From the human T2T-CHM13v2.0 reference genome, Homo sapiens: a stretch of DNA of 64,000 bases. Each line of letters opens with the position of its first letter. Position 1 is the stretch's first letter. The notes beneath the pieces were generated by a model that was given only the letters and a program-made list of their open reading frames with translations, did not search any database and had not been told where the DNA came from. The position numbers and the translations under genes are program-made. Of the stretch, positions 1 to 12,917 are shown one piece after another. Location: assembly GCF_009914755.1 (NCBI RefSeq), contig NC_060932.1; one strand, written 5' to 3'.

Positions 1-2651
1 AATAACAATTCCCTAAGATTTCCTATATAACCCGAGTAGAGAAGATATAAGTGAGCAATTCAGATGTAAATATTAATATAACAAAATTTATCTCCAGCTT
101 ACTCTGCGCCCAGCACTTGACTAGGGACTTTTACATGTTATCACAAATATTTTGCCTTCTTTTCCCTACTTGGAAATTACAGAAAACTACATATCTCAAC
201 CATCTGTGCCCTGTAGATTAAAAACGACAACAACAACAAACTATATGTGTTGGAGAAGGGGGAGAAATAATCTGAAACCAAAAAATTTCTATATAAATCT
301 AAATAAGTGTTCAAGATACAAACTGCCGCAACAAAAAAAAAACCGTGGTGGGGAGGGGGTGTCAGAATCTTCCATAATATACAAGTGATTATTTCAAATA
401 GTTAAAACAAAAAGTTTGCTTTTAATTACCCATATTTAATTCTAAACAACCCCATAACAAATAGTATCCTTCAATCCAACCCCAATAAAATAGAGGTGAC
501 CCAAGTGTCTTACATCCTCAACTGCAAACATACTGCTTTACGACTTCACTTACATTCAAATTTGGGAAGTGCATTTACTTTCCACCAAGATGCTAAGTAT
601 TTTATTTATTCATCCATTTTCTTGAATGAAGTATCTTTAAAAATAGGAATCTTAGCACCTCTCGTGTGTTAGGCAGAAAATAAGTTTCAGTCAAGCAAAA
701 TACATCAAAAACTCAAGAAATCACCAAAATTTGTTTAAAAATCCCAACACTGTCTGGTTGACAGTATGGACAGTTCTTTATATTAAGTCTACTGATCAAC
801 TGAGGCATCCCCTAAATGAGAAAACAAAATTTCCAGTGGCCACTATTTGGTACTAAGAATTGGGTTGTGCTTCAACTCCTAAAATGATGCTGCAGTTTTA
901 AAAATTAATCTTACTGGAATCTCCTGGAAGCTAAGATAGTGAAAAAAATACACTAACATTAGTTGCCAACTGTAATTTTTTCCTCAAAGACACCTTGCGA
1001 TGACATTAAAATATTTTCCATGGACACGTAAAATTTAAACTTCAGTTAAATTTTATACAGTAATTTAAAAAAAGAGAACATTAAGCAGGGCATTAAACTA
1101 ACAAATTTTAAAAGTGTTTTTTTAGCATAATTTGGTTTATTAAGTCCCAAGACTTAATTCTAAATTTTTACCATGAAACTGTAACAAGGAAAGAACATTT
1201 GAAAATACGATCATCGCCATTTTCTAAATAGAGAAGTATTTACATTTTAACTCAATTCAGATAGTTCAGTCAGTGTTAAAGAAGCAAAAACAGGCAAACA
1301 GGGTAATGGCTTGCATTATAAACAGAAGTGGTAAAATGTGTATTAAGACGGGTAATGGCAAAACTGAAAATAAAACTTAAGGCAAACCGTCAGACTTCAA
1401 ACAACCAAAACTCAATGAATCTAGGTTAAAATAAGAAAAGATATTTTAAAAAAATGAAAAGAACCATGTTCTTTAAAAAAAAAAAATGTGGAATGTAAAG
1501 ATCACAATTTAAGACAACCGATCAAAGGAAAGGGCTGCTTTAAGCCTCTACTGTTTACTAACACTTAAAATTAGCATTTCTAGCCAACATCTAGGTTTGA
1601 AAATTGCAACGGCACTTAAACGCCGTCTTTTCTAACGTCACCCCAACAGAACATTCTGCAACACTGTGGACAGTAAACATTAAGCAGAGTAAAGCATCGT
1701 TCGTGTATTTATATCTCCAAGGGTCAATGGGAAAAAATTAAACGTTTCTCTCTCCCATATACAGCCTTAACCACTCTCTTCCCTCTTTTTATTTACTGCC
1801 CTTGTCGCGGGGTTAATGAACCCTAAACTTCTTTTTCTTCTTCCCATTAATGGAAATGGGAAAAAAAGAGCAACTGCAGAGTGGAACCCAGATAAGAAAA
1901 ACTGAAAATTCAAAGTAGTAGTATTACTTGCCGGGCGAGGGCTGGGAACACCCTAAAGGCTTAGCACGGGGAGACAATCCCGGAAGACCCCCGTTAACAC
2001 ATACTTCACCCCAAGGCTACACCATTTTGGTGTGATGTGTAATTTTTGCTTTTGAAGGAGGTGGTAGCAGTCCCGGACTAACCTTCCTCCGAACACAGCT
2101 CCCCTCCCTAAGGCCCCAGGCAGCACGGCTTGCGGGGCGATGTCCCGGCTCCAAATTTGCAGCGAGGCCCGGAAATCGGTCCCGTTAGAGCCGATTTCAC
2201 CCGTCAGGAATGCGTTCCGCCCCCGCCGCCTCCCCGCGGCAACCGCCCTTGGGTCTCCCCCGCTTTAGGGGCAGGAGACAGCTCGAGGGGAGCGCCGCCT
2301 CGGCCCGTCATAATATCGCCGGGCCGGCCGCCGGCCGCACAGGCACCAGGAGGACAGGGCTTGGGGCGGATCCCACGCTCCACCTCGGCCCCCGCGGCCC
2401 GGGAGACGCCCGCGCCTGGGCCGGGTAGGGGACCCGGAGCTGACCGAGGCCTGACCCCCTAAGCCGGCCACGGCCCCGAGCCCACGCTGGACACTGGAGG
2501 AGACGCCTTTCCCACCGGACTTCCGAATCCATTTCTGTCCCGGGCAGGGGCGCTAGGGCTGCGGCCCGGCCAGAGCTCCCTGGGTCGTAAGCGAGAGCCG
2601 CCCCTTCTCTCCCGCTCCGGGGCGCAAGCTCCTCCGGGTGCCCGCCCGTAC

Positions 2652-2960
2652 CTTTAACTCCTCAGAGCGGCGGCAGCGCAGGGTGGCGGGCGAGTAGGCC
2701 CATCTCCCAGCAGCGGCGACAGCAGCCTGAGGAAGCGCGGGGGAGGGTCCCTCCGATGCGCCGAGGCGCCTCTCAACCGGGGCGGAGACGACGGAGGGGA
2801 GGAGTCCCGACGGCCGCTTTCCCGAACTCCTCCTCCGCAGTTGTGGCTCGACGGCTGCTCCCGGGAACCAGCGCCGCAACTACCACCTCCCCCTCCCGCA
2901 GCCCCCGCTTTCCCCTCCTCCTCCTCCCACTTCTTCCTCCCGCCCCCGGCCGCCCCGCCC
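2652..2960 (-). other. Probable first (5'UTR) exon of an unidentified minus-strand gene; TSS position approximate
   Basis: Minus-strand donor AAG|GTACGG at 2652/2651 inside the island. It is preceded by a GGA/GGC-rich leader typical of regulatory-gene 5'UTRs and followed by U-rich, repeat-poor intron-like sequence toward position 1. Confidence 0.7.
2662..2703 (-). other. Candidate upstream ORF, 13 aa (MGLLARHPALPPL*)
   Basis: GAG-ATG-G context (purine at -3, G at +4). The TGA ends 10 nt before the splice donor. Confidence 0.5.
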
Positions 2961-4221
2961 CAGCGCGCCGCCCGCGTGCTGTGCGTCATGGCGTCACGCC
3001 CACCGGGCCCGCTGCGGGCGGCTCTGGACGCGGCTGTTCCCTTGCGCACGTTCGTTCCGCGCCCGCGCAGGAGCCGCCCCGCTGCACCCGGGTGGCCCCG
3101 ACTGCGGCCCCCACGCCTGTCCCTGGCGGAGGGGACTTCGCCTCGAGCGCGCCGGGCAGTGGGGCCGGTGTCTCCCTGGCCGGTTCTCCGTGGCCCAGAG
3201 AGCGTCTCCTCCAAGGACAGGTCGGGGTGGCTGGAGCTGCGCCCGGTTGAAGGGAGTTGCCAGACTCGGCGACTCTGGCTCTTGGCAGTTTGCCCGGCAT
3301 TATTCATTCCTTTGTGTTCTCAGGGTTCACCTGCTAGATTGGCAGGCCGAGGGAGAGAAGTGCCGGGATGTTGCAGCTCTCGGCGAGGAAATGTCCTTTC
3401 CCAGAGGACGGCAGCACCCTGTGCGTCTGCAGCCGCCCTCTTAGTGCACCTGTCTTTGCAGAGGCTGTTAGGAACAGTACTTAGCCACAATAGCAAGCCT
3501 ACGTGAGGGTTTGGAGAGTATCTTCCATTCATCTCTTTTATTTCATTTTTTTTTTACTATTTTGCAGTCAAGTAATCAGAATTCCTATTTCATCTCTAAT
3601 ACATTCCTAATTACTTTAATCCAGCTTTATTTGTTCCTTCGTCTCATATCTTTTCAGCCAGTCATATCCCCTTTGAATGTTTCAATCTACACTAGTCTTG
3701 GTATTCTTAGTTGAATAAACAAATTCCGTCTGGGCCTGGTGCATTTCCTCCTGGTTTATTCTCTTCAAGATTTAGATCACTCTAACATAGAATACTGAGA
3801 AACGAATGTGATAGAGGCTGGACAGAATGTCCATTTGCCATCTGTTACTTAACTAAATATATCACTCTCCCAGTCCTTGTTTAGTGTGTCTGTGTAATTT
3901 AAATTAGAAACAAACCAAGGAGCCATGGTCTTTCCGAATGTACTTGGTATCTTTGGTAACCCAGTAAATGTTTACCAATTAGAAAATTGAACAAGCTAGG
4001 CAGTTTAGGTTTAAGTGTCTTTGGCCTCGAATCTTAAAGGAAGTAATTATGGGTATGTTTATTTTCATTTATGGGAAGTTTTAAAGCTGTTATACCTTTA
4101 AATGCTACTTGAAGGCTGCCAGCGACTTTACATATGGGATGCTTTAAGCCTACAGATAGCACAAGAATAGTAAGTTAAGTACCCATATATAATATCCTTC
4201 TTGAAAATATATCAATATGTT

Positions 4222-4544
<323 letters not shown>

Positions 4545-4991
4545 TTAAACAACATTTCAGCACAGATGGGGCACTGGCTTGAAAGGGGATTTTGAATAAA
4601 GAAGCTGTGCGGAATGAAAATGGTCTTACACTCTGTACAACGGTAATATTTTCCAGAGATGCTGCTTCTGGCTTTCTTGTCTTCCTAAAAATTAGAAGGA
4701 CTTTCTATTCTTCACTAGGCCAAATAAATCTATTAAAAAACAAATACCTATTGAACATCCCCAACTTGAATTCCTAGAGGCACCTCAGATTCAGGCTGTC
4801 CAAGATGTAGTTTGTTCTTTCCTCAAAGCATGCTTCTTTCATTCACCCAGACACAAGCCAGAAACCTAGGATTGTTCCCAGGCCCCATTCTTTTTGTCCC
4901 TTCCAATTCATAACTAACCACCAAGTCCTGTTTATTATACCCCGGAAATATCCCTGTGCTCTCTGTTCTATATCTCCCTCTGCTTTTAGAG

Positions 4992-5793
4992 CAGTGTTTT
5001 CAAATTTGGCTGCATATTCTTATGTCCACGTTGCACCCAACAATTAAATCAGAATCACTGAGGGTGGTGCTCAGGCATCAGTAGTTTTTAAAACTCCCCA
5101 AGTGTGCTGGGCACGGTGGCACACACCTGTAGTCCTAGCACTTTGAGAAGCAGAGGTGGTTGGATCACTTGAGTCCAGGAGTTCAAGACCAGCCTGAGCA
5201 AGATGGCGAAAATACAAAAATTAGCCTGGCATGGTGGCCCACGTCTGCAGTCCCAGCTACTCCAGGGGGCTGAGGCAGGAGGATCATCTCCATAGCCTTA
5301 GGAGGTCAAGGCAGCAGTGAGCCCTGGTCACACCACTGGCCTCCAGCCTGGGCGACAGAGTGAGACCCTGTCTCAAGAAAGAATGAAAGAAGGGAAGGAG
5401 GGAGGGAGAGAAAGAAAGAAAGAAAACCGGGCGCAGTGGCTCACGCCTGTAATCCCGGCACTTTGGGAGGCTTAGGTGAGTGGATCACTTGAGGCCAGGA
5501 GTTTGATACCAGCCGGGACAACATGATGAAACCTCATCTCTATAAAAAATACAAAAATTGGCTGGGCATGGTGGCACACTCCTGTAATCCCAGCTCCTCA
5601 GGAGACTGAGGCATGAGTCGCTTGAACCTGGGAGGCAGAGGTTGCAGCGAGCTGAGATTGTGCCACTGCACTCCAGCCTGGGCAATAGAGCGAGACTCTG
5701 TCTCAAACAAAACAAAACAACAACAACAACAAAAATAAATACATAACCTCTTTCCAGGTAATTGCAATGCATGACCAAGGTTGGAAACCACTG
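4992..5793. mobile_element. MER5A-like hAT MITE interrupted by two Alus (AluJ-like 5106-5376; AluS-like 5426-5742)
   Basis: MER5-like ends (CAGTGTTTTCAAA... and ...GGTTGGAAACCACTG) enclose two + strand Alus separated by a GA-rich tail. Confidence 0.8.
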
Positions 5794-5889
5794 CCAGGGC
5801 CTCATCATTTCCCACTGGAATACTGCAAAAGCCTAATTGGCCCCAGGTGCCTTAATTTTTGGCAGTATTCTCTTTTGTTTCCCTCCTCT

Positions 5890-6600
5890 CTTCTAATTCA
5901 TTTAACATCAATTCGATAAACATTTGAATGCTTACTATATTGGGGATGGGGTGTTTGCCATTACAGGCACTGAGACTATAGCAATGAAAAAGCCTACATA
6001 TCCGTTTGCATGGTGCTTACATTGGGGGATGAGGAATAAAGAAGGAAAAATAATGAAAAGGAAATACACTTACCAGAGTAACAGAAACCAAAGAGGCTGT
6101 AACTTAGTTTGGTCTCTCAAACTAACGTCAATTCTTCTGACATTTGAGCTGGATTCTATAAGACAAGAAGAAGGCAAACTAGTTAGGAGGTGGGGAAGAC
6201 GGAGGAACAGCAGACGCAAAGGTCTTAGCCAGAAACACTTGTCAAATTCAAGGCAGCTAGAGGCTGAACATAGCAAAAGGGAGGGGAGTATGACGTGGGC
6301 CAGGGGACGGGGGGTGGTCAGAAAAGTAGGAGGCAGCTGGATGATTTAATACCTTTTTAGGTATGGTAAGGAGAATTCTAAATGATTGGTATGAAGTGTG
6401 ATGAGACAATAGATGTTTAAGCAGCGTGACATCTGATTTGTCTTTGAAAAGGATCACTCAGGCTGTTCTGTGGATCAGATTAAGGCAGAGCAAGAGTGGA
6501 AGTAGGGAGACCAGTTAAGAGGCTATTCCAGGAATCCAATAAAGATGTCATAGTTCTTTGAACCAAGGTGGAGACTGTGGAGACAGAAGTGGATGGTTTT
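5890..6600 (+). mobile_element. L2 LINE fragment(s)
   Basis: L2-like 3' motifs (CATTTGAATGCTTACTAT; GGATCACTCAGGCTG...GGGAGACCAGTTAAGAGGCTATT). Confidence 0.65.
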
Positions 6601-6684
6601 GGTTTTGGTTTTGGTTTTAGAGGTATAATCAGTCATACTTGCATGGAATGGAATAAAAGTGGCAAGTAAAGAGAAAGAGAACTA

Positions 6685-6964
6685 CTTTTTTTTTGAGACA
6701 GAGTCTTACTCTGTCACCCAGTGGCTCAATATTGGCTCATTGCAACCTCCACCTCCTGGGCTTAAACAATCTTCCCCCCTCAGCCTCATGAGTAGCTGGG
6801 ACTTCAGGCACATGCCACCATGCCTGGCTAATTTTTGTATTTTTTGTAGAGACGAGGTTTTGCCATGTCGCTCAGGTGGGTCTTGAACTCCTGGGCTTAA
6901 GTAATCTGCCCAGCTCAGCCTTACAAAGTGCTGGGATTGCAGGCATGAGCCACGTGCCCAGCCG
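6685..6964 (-). mobile_element. AluJ-like
   Basis: Poly-T followed by a diverged antisense Alu body. Confidence 0.9.
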
Positions 6965-7810
6965 AGAACTACTCTTTATTGCATACATACTATATATACT
7001 ATATATAGTACACTATATGTTCACTTTATTGAGTACACATACTATATATACTTTTTATTGAGTACATATACTATATGACAGGCACTATTCTGATTGCTTT
7101 ATAAGTATTAAGCCACTTAGTTTATCATCAAGAATCCCTAAAGCTCCCAAATTAGGATCTGAGGCACAAGAGTTTAAGTAATTTGCTGAAAGTTACGTAG
7201 CTAAGTGGCAGAGCTGGGATTTGGACCATCCGGCAGGCTGGCTCCAGAGCTCATGCTCTTCTCTTAAACCTACCCCTGGCCCCTTCCCTGGTGTCACAGC
7301 CTAAGTGAACATTTCTTTAGCCACAGTAAGGTACTAGCAGTACCACAAATCCCCCCATCCTTTCCTGTCTTCCTTCTCTTCTCTTTCTCACACACCCTGC
7401 TAACTTTCTTTCTCTTTGTAGGTACTACCTAGCTTTGCAGATGCTACTATGCCTAAAATGCCCCCTCCCCTCTCCTCTGCCTGGCTCATTTCTATCAACT
7501 CTCACTGGTCCTGACAGGCTAAATCAAGCTCACATTCCCTAGCTCCACAACAACCATGCTTACCTCTATAATTTTTCTGTATAAAGTACTTCATTGTCAT
7601 TATTTGTAGGCCTTTCCCACTAAACTTTGAAGGTAGAGAACTTAATGCCTGACACCTAGTGAGAGAAAGAGGAAGCAGGCACAGAAGCTTAGCTATGCAC
7701 ATGACATGCCTTCCCTAGGTGCTGCGAGACACCAATATGGTAAAGTATCGTCCCTCCCCTTGAGCAGCTTGTAAACTTGCCAGGGAAACTGACATCGAGA
7801 AAATCACTCT

Positions 7811-8050
7811 AGGCCAGTGTGCTGGCACATGCCTGTAATCCCAGCACTTTGGGAGGCTGAGGCAAGCAGATGATTTGGGCCTAGGCAACATGACAAAACC
7901 CATCTCTAGGAGTTTTGTCGTGTGCCCAGGCATGGTGGCACACACCTGTAGTCCGAGCTACTCAGGAGGCTAAGGTGAAAGGATCACTTAAGCCTGGGAG
8001 TTGTAGGGTGCAGTGAGCCAAGATCACACCACTGCACTCCAGCCTGGATG
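7811..8050 (+). mobile_element. Alu (old, internally deleted, no tail)
   Basis: Alu left and right arm motifs. Confidence 0.85.
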
Positions 8051-8419
8051 ATCTATGTATACTCACTCTAATATAAGAGCCAATAAAGTACATATGATAT
8101 AGACACAGGACAAGGTACCATTAATTGTGCTTCAGGACATCAAAGGCAAGAAGCTTGGCCTTATGTTTGTTTCACTGGGGGGGAAAAATGCAACCAGGAA
8201 TGAATGGGAGCTTGGGGGCTTTAGTCTCCACCATCATTTCACCTGGCTTAGGGAGGCAGTCTGGGGCCTTGTCCAGGGAGAAAGAGATTCTCTTTCAGCA
8301 CAATTGATCATTGGAATGTGCTACTTCTTGACTCTCCTCCTTACCTGTCCTTATGTGACTAAATATACTGATTTCCAAATTGATTCAGTTTCTTTCCCAG
8401 CAGGGTCATGGAAATTTTT

Positions 8420-8596
8420 CTTCTTCGTCGTCTTGTTGTTGTTGTTGTTGTTGAGACAAGGTCTCACTCTGTTGTCCAGGTGGGAGTGCAGTGGTGCAGT
8501 GCGATCACCTTGACCTCTTGGACTCAAGCGATCCTCCCACCTCAGCCTCCTGAGTAGCTGGGACTACAGGTGTGTGGCACCATGCCTGGCTAATCT
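8420..8596 (-). mobile_element. Alu right-arm fragment with (TTG)n tail
   Basis: GAGACAAGGTCTCACTCTGT...CATGCCTGGCTAAT. Confidence 0.85.
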
Positions 8597-8731
8597 TGCT
8601 TGTTAAAATAGATTTCTGAGTTTCATATCAGACTAACAGACTCATTTTCTATGGGGTTGGGGTGCTAGAATCTAGTTTTCCACAAGCTCTCCAGGTAATT
8701 CATATCACATGTTTGAGAACCACAGCATAAG

Positions 8732-10132
8732 TGTGGCTGGAATTGGTGGGTTCTTGGTCTCACTGACTTCAAGAATGAAGCCGTGGACCCTTGCGGTGAG
8801 TGTTACAGCTTTTAAGGTGGCGCATCTGGAGTTTGTCCCTTCTGATGGTCAGATGTGTTCGGAGTTTCTTCTTTCTGGTGGGTTCGTGGTCTCGCTGGCT
8901 CAGGAGTAAAGCTGCAGACCTTCGCGGTGAGTGTTACAGCTCTTAAGACGGCGTGTCTGGAGTTGTTCCTTCCTCCCAGTGGGCTTGTGGTCTCGCTGGC
9001 TCAGGAGTGAAGCAGCAGACCTTCGCGGTGAGTGTTACAGCTCATAAAAGCAGCGTGGACCCAAAGGGTGAGCAGTAGCAAGATTTACTGCAAAGAGCGA
9101 AAGAACGAAGCTTCCACAGTGTGGAAGGGGACCCCAGTGGGTTGCCACTGCTGTCCCGGGCAGCCTGCTTTTAGTCTCTTATCTGGCCCCACCCACATCC
9201 TGCTGATTGGTAGAGCCAAGTGGTCTGTTTTGACAGGGTGCTGATTGGTGCCTTTACAATCCCTGAGCTAGATATAAAGGTTCTCCATGTCCCCATCAGA
9301 TTAGTTAGATACAGAGTATCAACACAAAGGTTCTCCAAGGCCCCACCAGAGCAGCTAGATACAGAGCGTCGATTGGTGCACTCACAAACCCTGAGCTAGA
9401 CACAGGGTGCTGATTGGTATGTTTACAATCCCTGAGCTAGACATAAAGACTCTCCACGTCCCCACCAGACTCAGGAGCCCAGCTGGCTTCACCTAGTGGA
9501 TCCCGCACCAGGGCTGCAGTTGGAGCTGCCTGCCAGTCCCGCACCGTGCGCTCTCGCACTCCTCAGCCCTTGGGTGGTCTGTGGGATTGGCTGCCGTGGA
9601 GCAGGGGGTGGTGCTCCTGGGGGAGGCTCAGGCCGCACAGCAACTCATGGAGTGGGTGGGAGGCTCAGGCATGGCGGGCTGCAGGTCCGGAGCCCTGCCC
9701 CGCGGGAAGGCAGCTAAGGGTCGGTGAGAAATCGAGCGCAGCGCCGGTGGGCTGGCACTGCTGGGGGACCCAGTACACTCTCCGCAGCCGCTGGCCCGGG
9801 TGCTAAGTCCCTCATTGCCCGGGACCAGCAGCGCTGCCCGGCTACTCTGAGTGCGGGGCCTGCCAAGCCCACGCCCACGCCCACCCGGAACTCCAGCTGG
9901 CCCGCAAGCGCCGCACGCAGCCCAGCCCGGGTTCCCGCTCGCGCCTCTCCCTCCGCACCTCCCTGCAAGCTGAGGGAGTGGGCTCCAGCCTTGGCCAGCC
10001 CAGAAAGGGGCTCTCACAGTGCAGTGGTGGGCTGAAGGGCTCCTCAAATGCCGCCAAAGTGGGAGCCCAGGCAGAGGAGGTGCCGAGAGCAAGCGAGGGC
10101 TCTGAGGACTGCCAGCACGCTGTCACCTCTCA
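8732..10132 (-). mobile_element. Solo LTR12C (HERV9 LTR)
   Basis: Minus strand starts TGAGAGGTGACAGCGTGCTGGCAGTCC and ends ...CCAATTCCAGCCACA. TG...CA termini, 4-bp TSD TAAG (8728-8731 / 10133-10136), tandem CCAAT-containing U3 repeats and GAGTGTTACAGCT U5 repeats. Confidence 0.96.
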
Positions 10133-10568
10133 TAAGTGTTTCAGTCATTATGATAATATCCCAACTTCAGGAAGTTTTCTTCCACTAGATCTCTCACTGG
10201 GCCCTTCAGAGAGTGCCAGGGGAAAGGAAATTGTTTCTTCCTCTTCATGGGACCCATGCAATTACTTAGAATCTTCTTTATTTCCCCTCCCACCCATTCT
10301 TCTGACATATCCCCAAAGGTCTTCTTGATGGATTCTCAGGCGACTGTTCCCATTTGCCTACTCCAGTCTTTCTTGGTTCCCTTCCCTGTTTGACTGACTC
10401 ACAGGCAAGCCCACACTGTGCTGGTGACCTGGACCAGAATCCTCCAGAGGCTTCTACAAATTGAGCTGGTTAGACAAACTCCATGTTTGACAGGATGAGG
10501 TTGGCTCACGAGGTCTAGAGTGGCAGGATGCACTGGGGCAGGATGTCAGCAGGTGATGAGCAATGACT

Positions 10569-10701
10569 TAGAGTGACCATATGTGGCAGCTTGCTCAGGA
10601 CACTCATGGCTTACACCTATTGTGGGGACCTGATTATTAACAGTACCCTCTTTCATTCTCAAAGTGTCCTGAGTTAGACAATAAATTACATGGTCACCCT
10701 G
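10569..10701. mobile_element. MER96-like hAT MITE
   Basis: Inverted termini TAGAGTGACCAT ... ATGGTCACCCTG. Confidence 0.65.
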
Positions 10702-12250
10702 GTAATGAGCCTCAATGTCAAGGCCAACTGTTGTGACATTTTTGCCCCTGGATAGGGCCTAGAACACCCCCTCCCCACCCTCTCCAGCCCCTGACCCCAT
10801 GCCATGGCTCCTTCCTCCCCTCAGATTTCCTTAAAGAATCCCCTGTGGTATAATACTTCGGGCCTACATTAAGGGATTTATAGGAGCCATGAAACTTGTT
10901 GCTATATTTACTCTCTCTGACAATATCTAGAAAATATTTTTCTTTGGTTTTAGCACCTGGTATAGTTGTGTTTCCCTTGTTTATTATCCCCATTTGTTTT
11001 TGCCTTCTGGAAACCTAATTGTGGAACTGACAGTATTTCCCTTGGCTGTGAGAAAGCTTAAAGCCTTATATGTGGTCTCCTTCCGGTCTGTGTATAAGAT
11101 TTAAAAGGATGTATTTTATATACTTAACTCACTCTTGGCTTAAATTCTCTGTTCCCATTTCTTCACTGCCTTCAGATTGAATTTTTCTCGTGCTATATTT
11201 TATGTATATTTGTAGCCCTTTTATCAATTTTGAAACAAGGCAAATAAAAAATGTGTATGAATACATGCACACAAAAAAATGGGTGCTAATTGTTATATAA
11301 CTGAAAAGGATTATATTTAAATGTATACACAGAATAATTTCCACACTTATGAAATATAACTGTAAGCAATGAGTAGCACTTCAAATAATGCTGGCTTCAG
11401 CATTCCTCAACTACATTATTATCTAGCGAGTGAAATGATTCCAAACAAAAGCAAACAAACAAGAGATTAAATTAATTTTCAAGCTGGAACACTCTTAGAT
11501 ATGACCCAGAAGCTTGATACCAAATAATGCAACAAAGAACACTCACTACCGGATTTACATAGCCCAATTTGATAGCATGCATGGTTTCACCCTCAGAGTG
11601 AAATCCTGTGCTGTTGGAAACGAAGAAAGGGAGAGGAAGAATGGTGGTTGGGGGAATCAGATTTGGGAATGCACAGTCCAGATGATAACAGTGACCCACA
11701 AGAAGGAATTATGGCCAGAAGCACATGGCCCAGAGCAATCCCCAGGCAACTGTTCTTCCTGTTGCCCTGGATAATGCTGTGAGAGGTTGTAGGGACTGGC
11801 ACCCTGTGGTTTGCAGCTAATGTAAAGCTGAATAAAGAAATTCACCGTAATCAAATTACTGAGGAATATATTTTACAACTAGTTCATTTTGGAGGATACA
11901 TGGAGTTTCCAAGACTCAAAGATGGACATTCTATGGATGGTTTACTAAGTTATTTTATGGATAAATTGAGCTTGTAGTTAAACCTGCTTCAAAAAAATTT
12001 GTAAGCTAAAATTTTAGTGATATTATGTTTTATATGGTGATTCCTGCTCTTTTCCAGCAAGAATATAAATTTTTCTTAGGATGAAAGTTTTTTTCTTTTT
12101 TAACACAAAAGCTTTCAGAAAATAAGGTAATAAATTCATGTAGACCCTGTAAGAATAAATGTTAACTTTTCTCATATTTGTATTATTATTTAAAACAAGA
12201 TAAATGAAACATAGAAATGGAGTTGAGGCCTACTTTGCACCTTCCCCTAG

Positions 12251-12917
<667 letters not shown>

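Larger units (their letters stand above)
2100..3440. promoter_or_regulatory. CpG island promoter
   Basis: Sharp switch from AT-rich flanks to very GC/CpG-rich non-repeat DNA. Contains GC boxes (CCGCCCCGCCCC ~2950-2961), paired TGACG half-CRE motifs (2982-2998), an NRF1-like TGCGCACG (~3043) and an ETS CGGAAGT on the minus strand (~2519-2525). Confidence 0.92.

Noticed and set aside
2652-2960. Assigning a gene symbol to the minus-strand exon
   Set aside because: No coding exon lies in the window and I do not recognise the UTR with confidence. BLAT is needed.
2130-3506. Long overlapping ORFs (217, 221, 164 aa) in the CpG island
   Set aside because: Low-complexity Pro/Arg/Gly/Ala ORFs on both strands are expected from stop-codon scarcity in GC-rich DNA. 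No recognisable domain.
5924-6349. 141-aa ORF (also 18714-19115, 39062-39469)
   Set aside because: These lie in decayed L2/L1 or unique non-coding DNA. They have no splice architecture or recognisable protein similarity.
6975-7076. Imperfect tandem repeats (TTTATTGAGTACA...TACTATAT)
   Set aside because: Slippage duplication at the edge of a MIR; no sign of function.
8780-9450. Interspersed direct repeats (GCGGTGAGTGTTACAGCT; CCTGAGCTAGA)
   Set aside because: Standard internal repeats of LTR12 U5 and U3.
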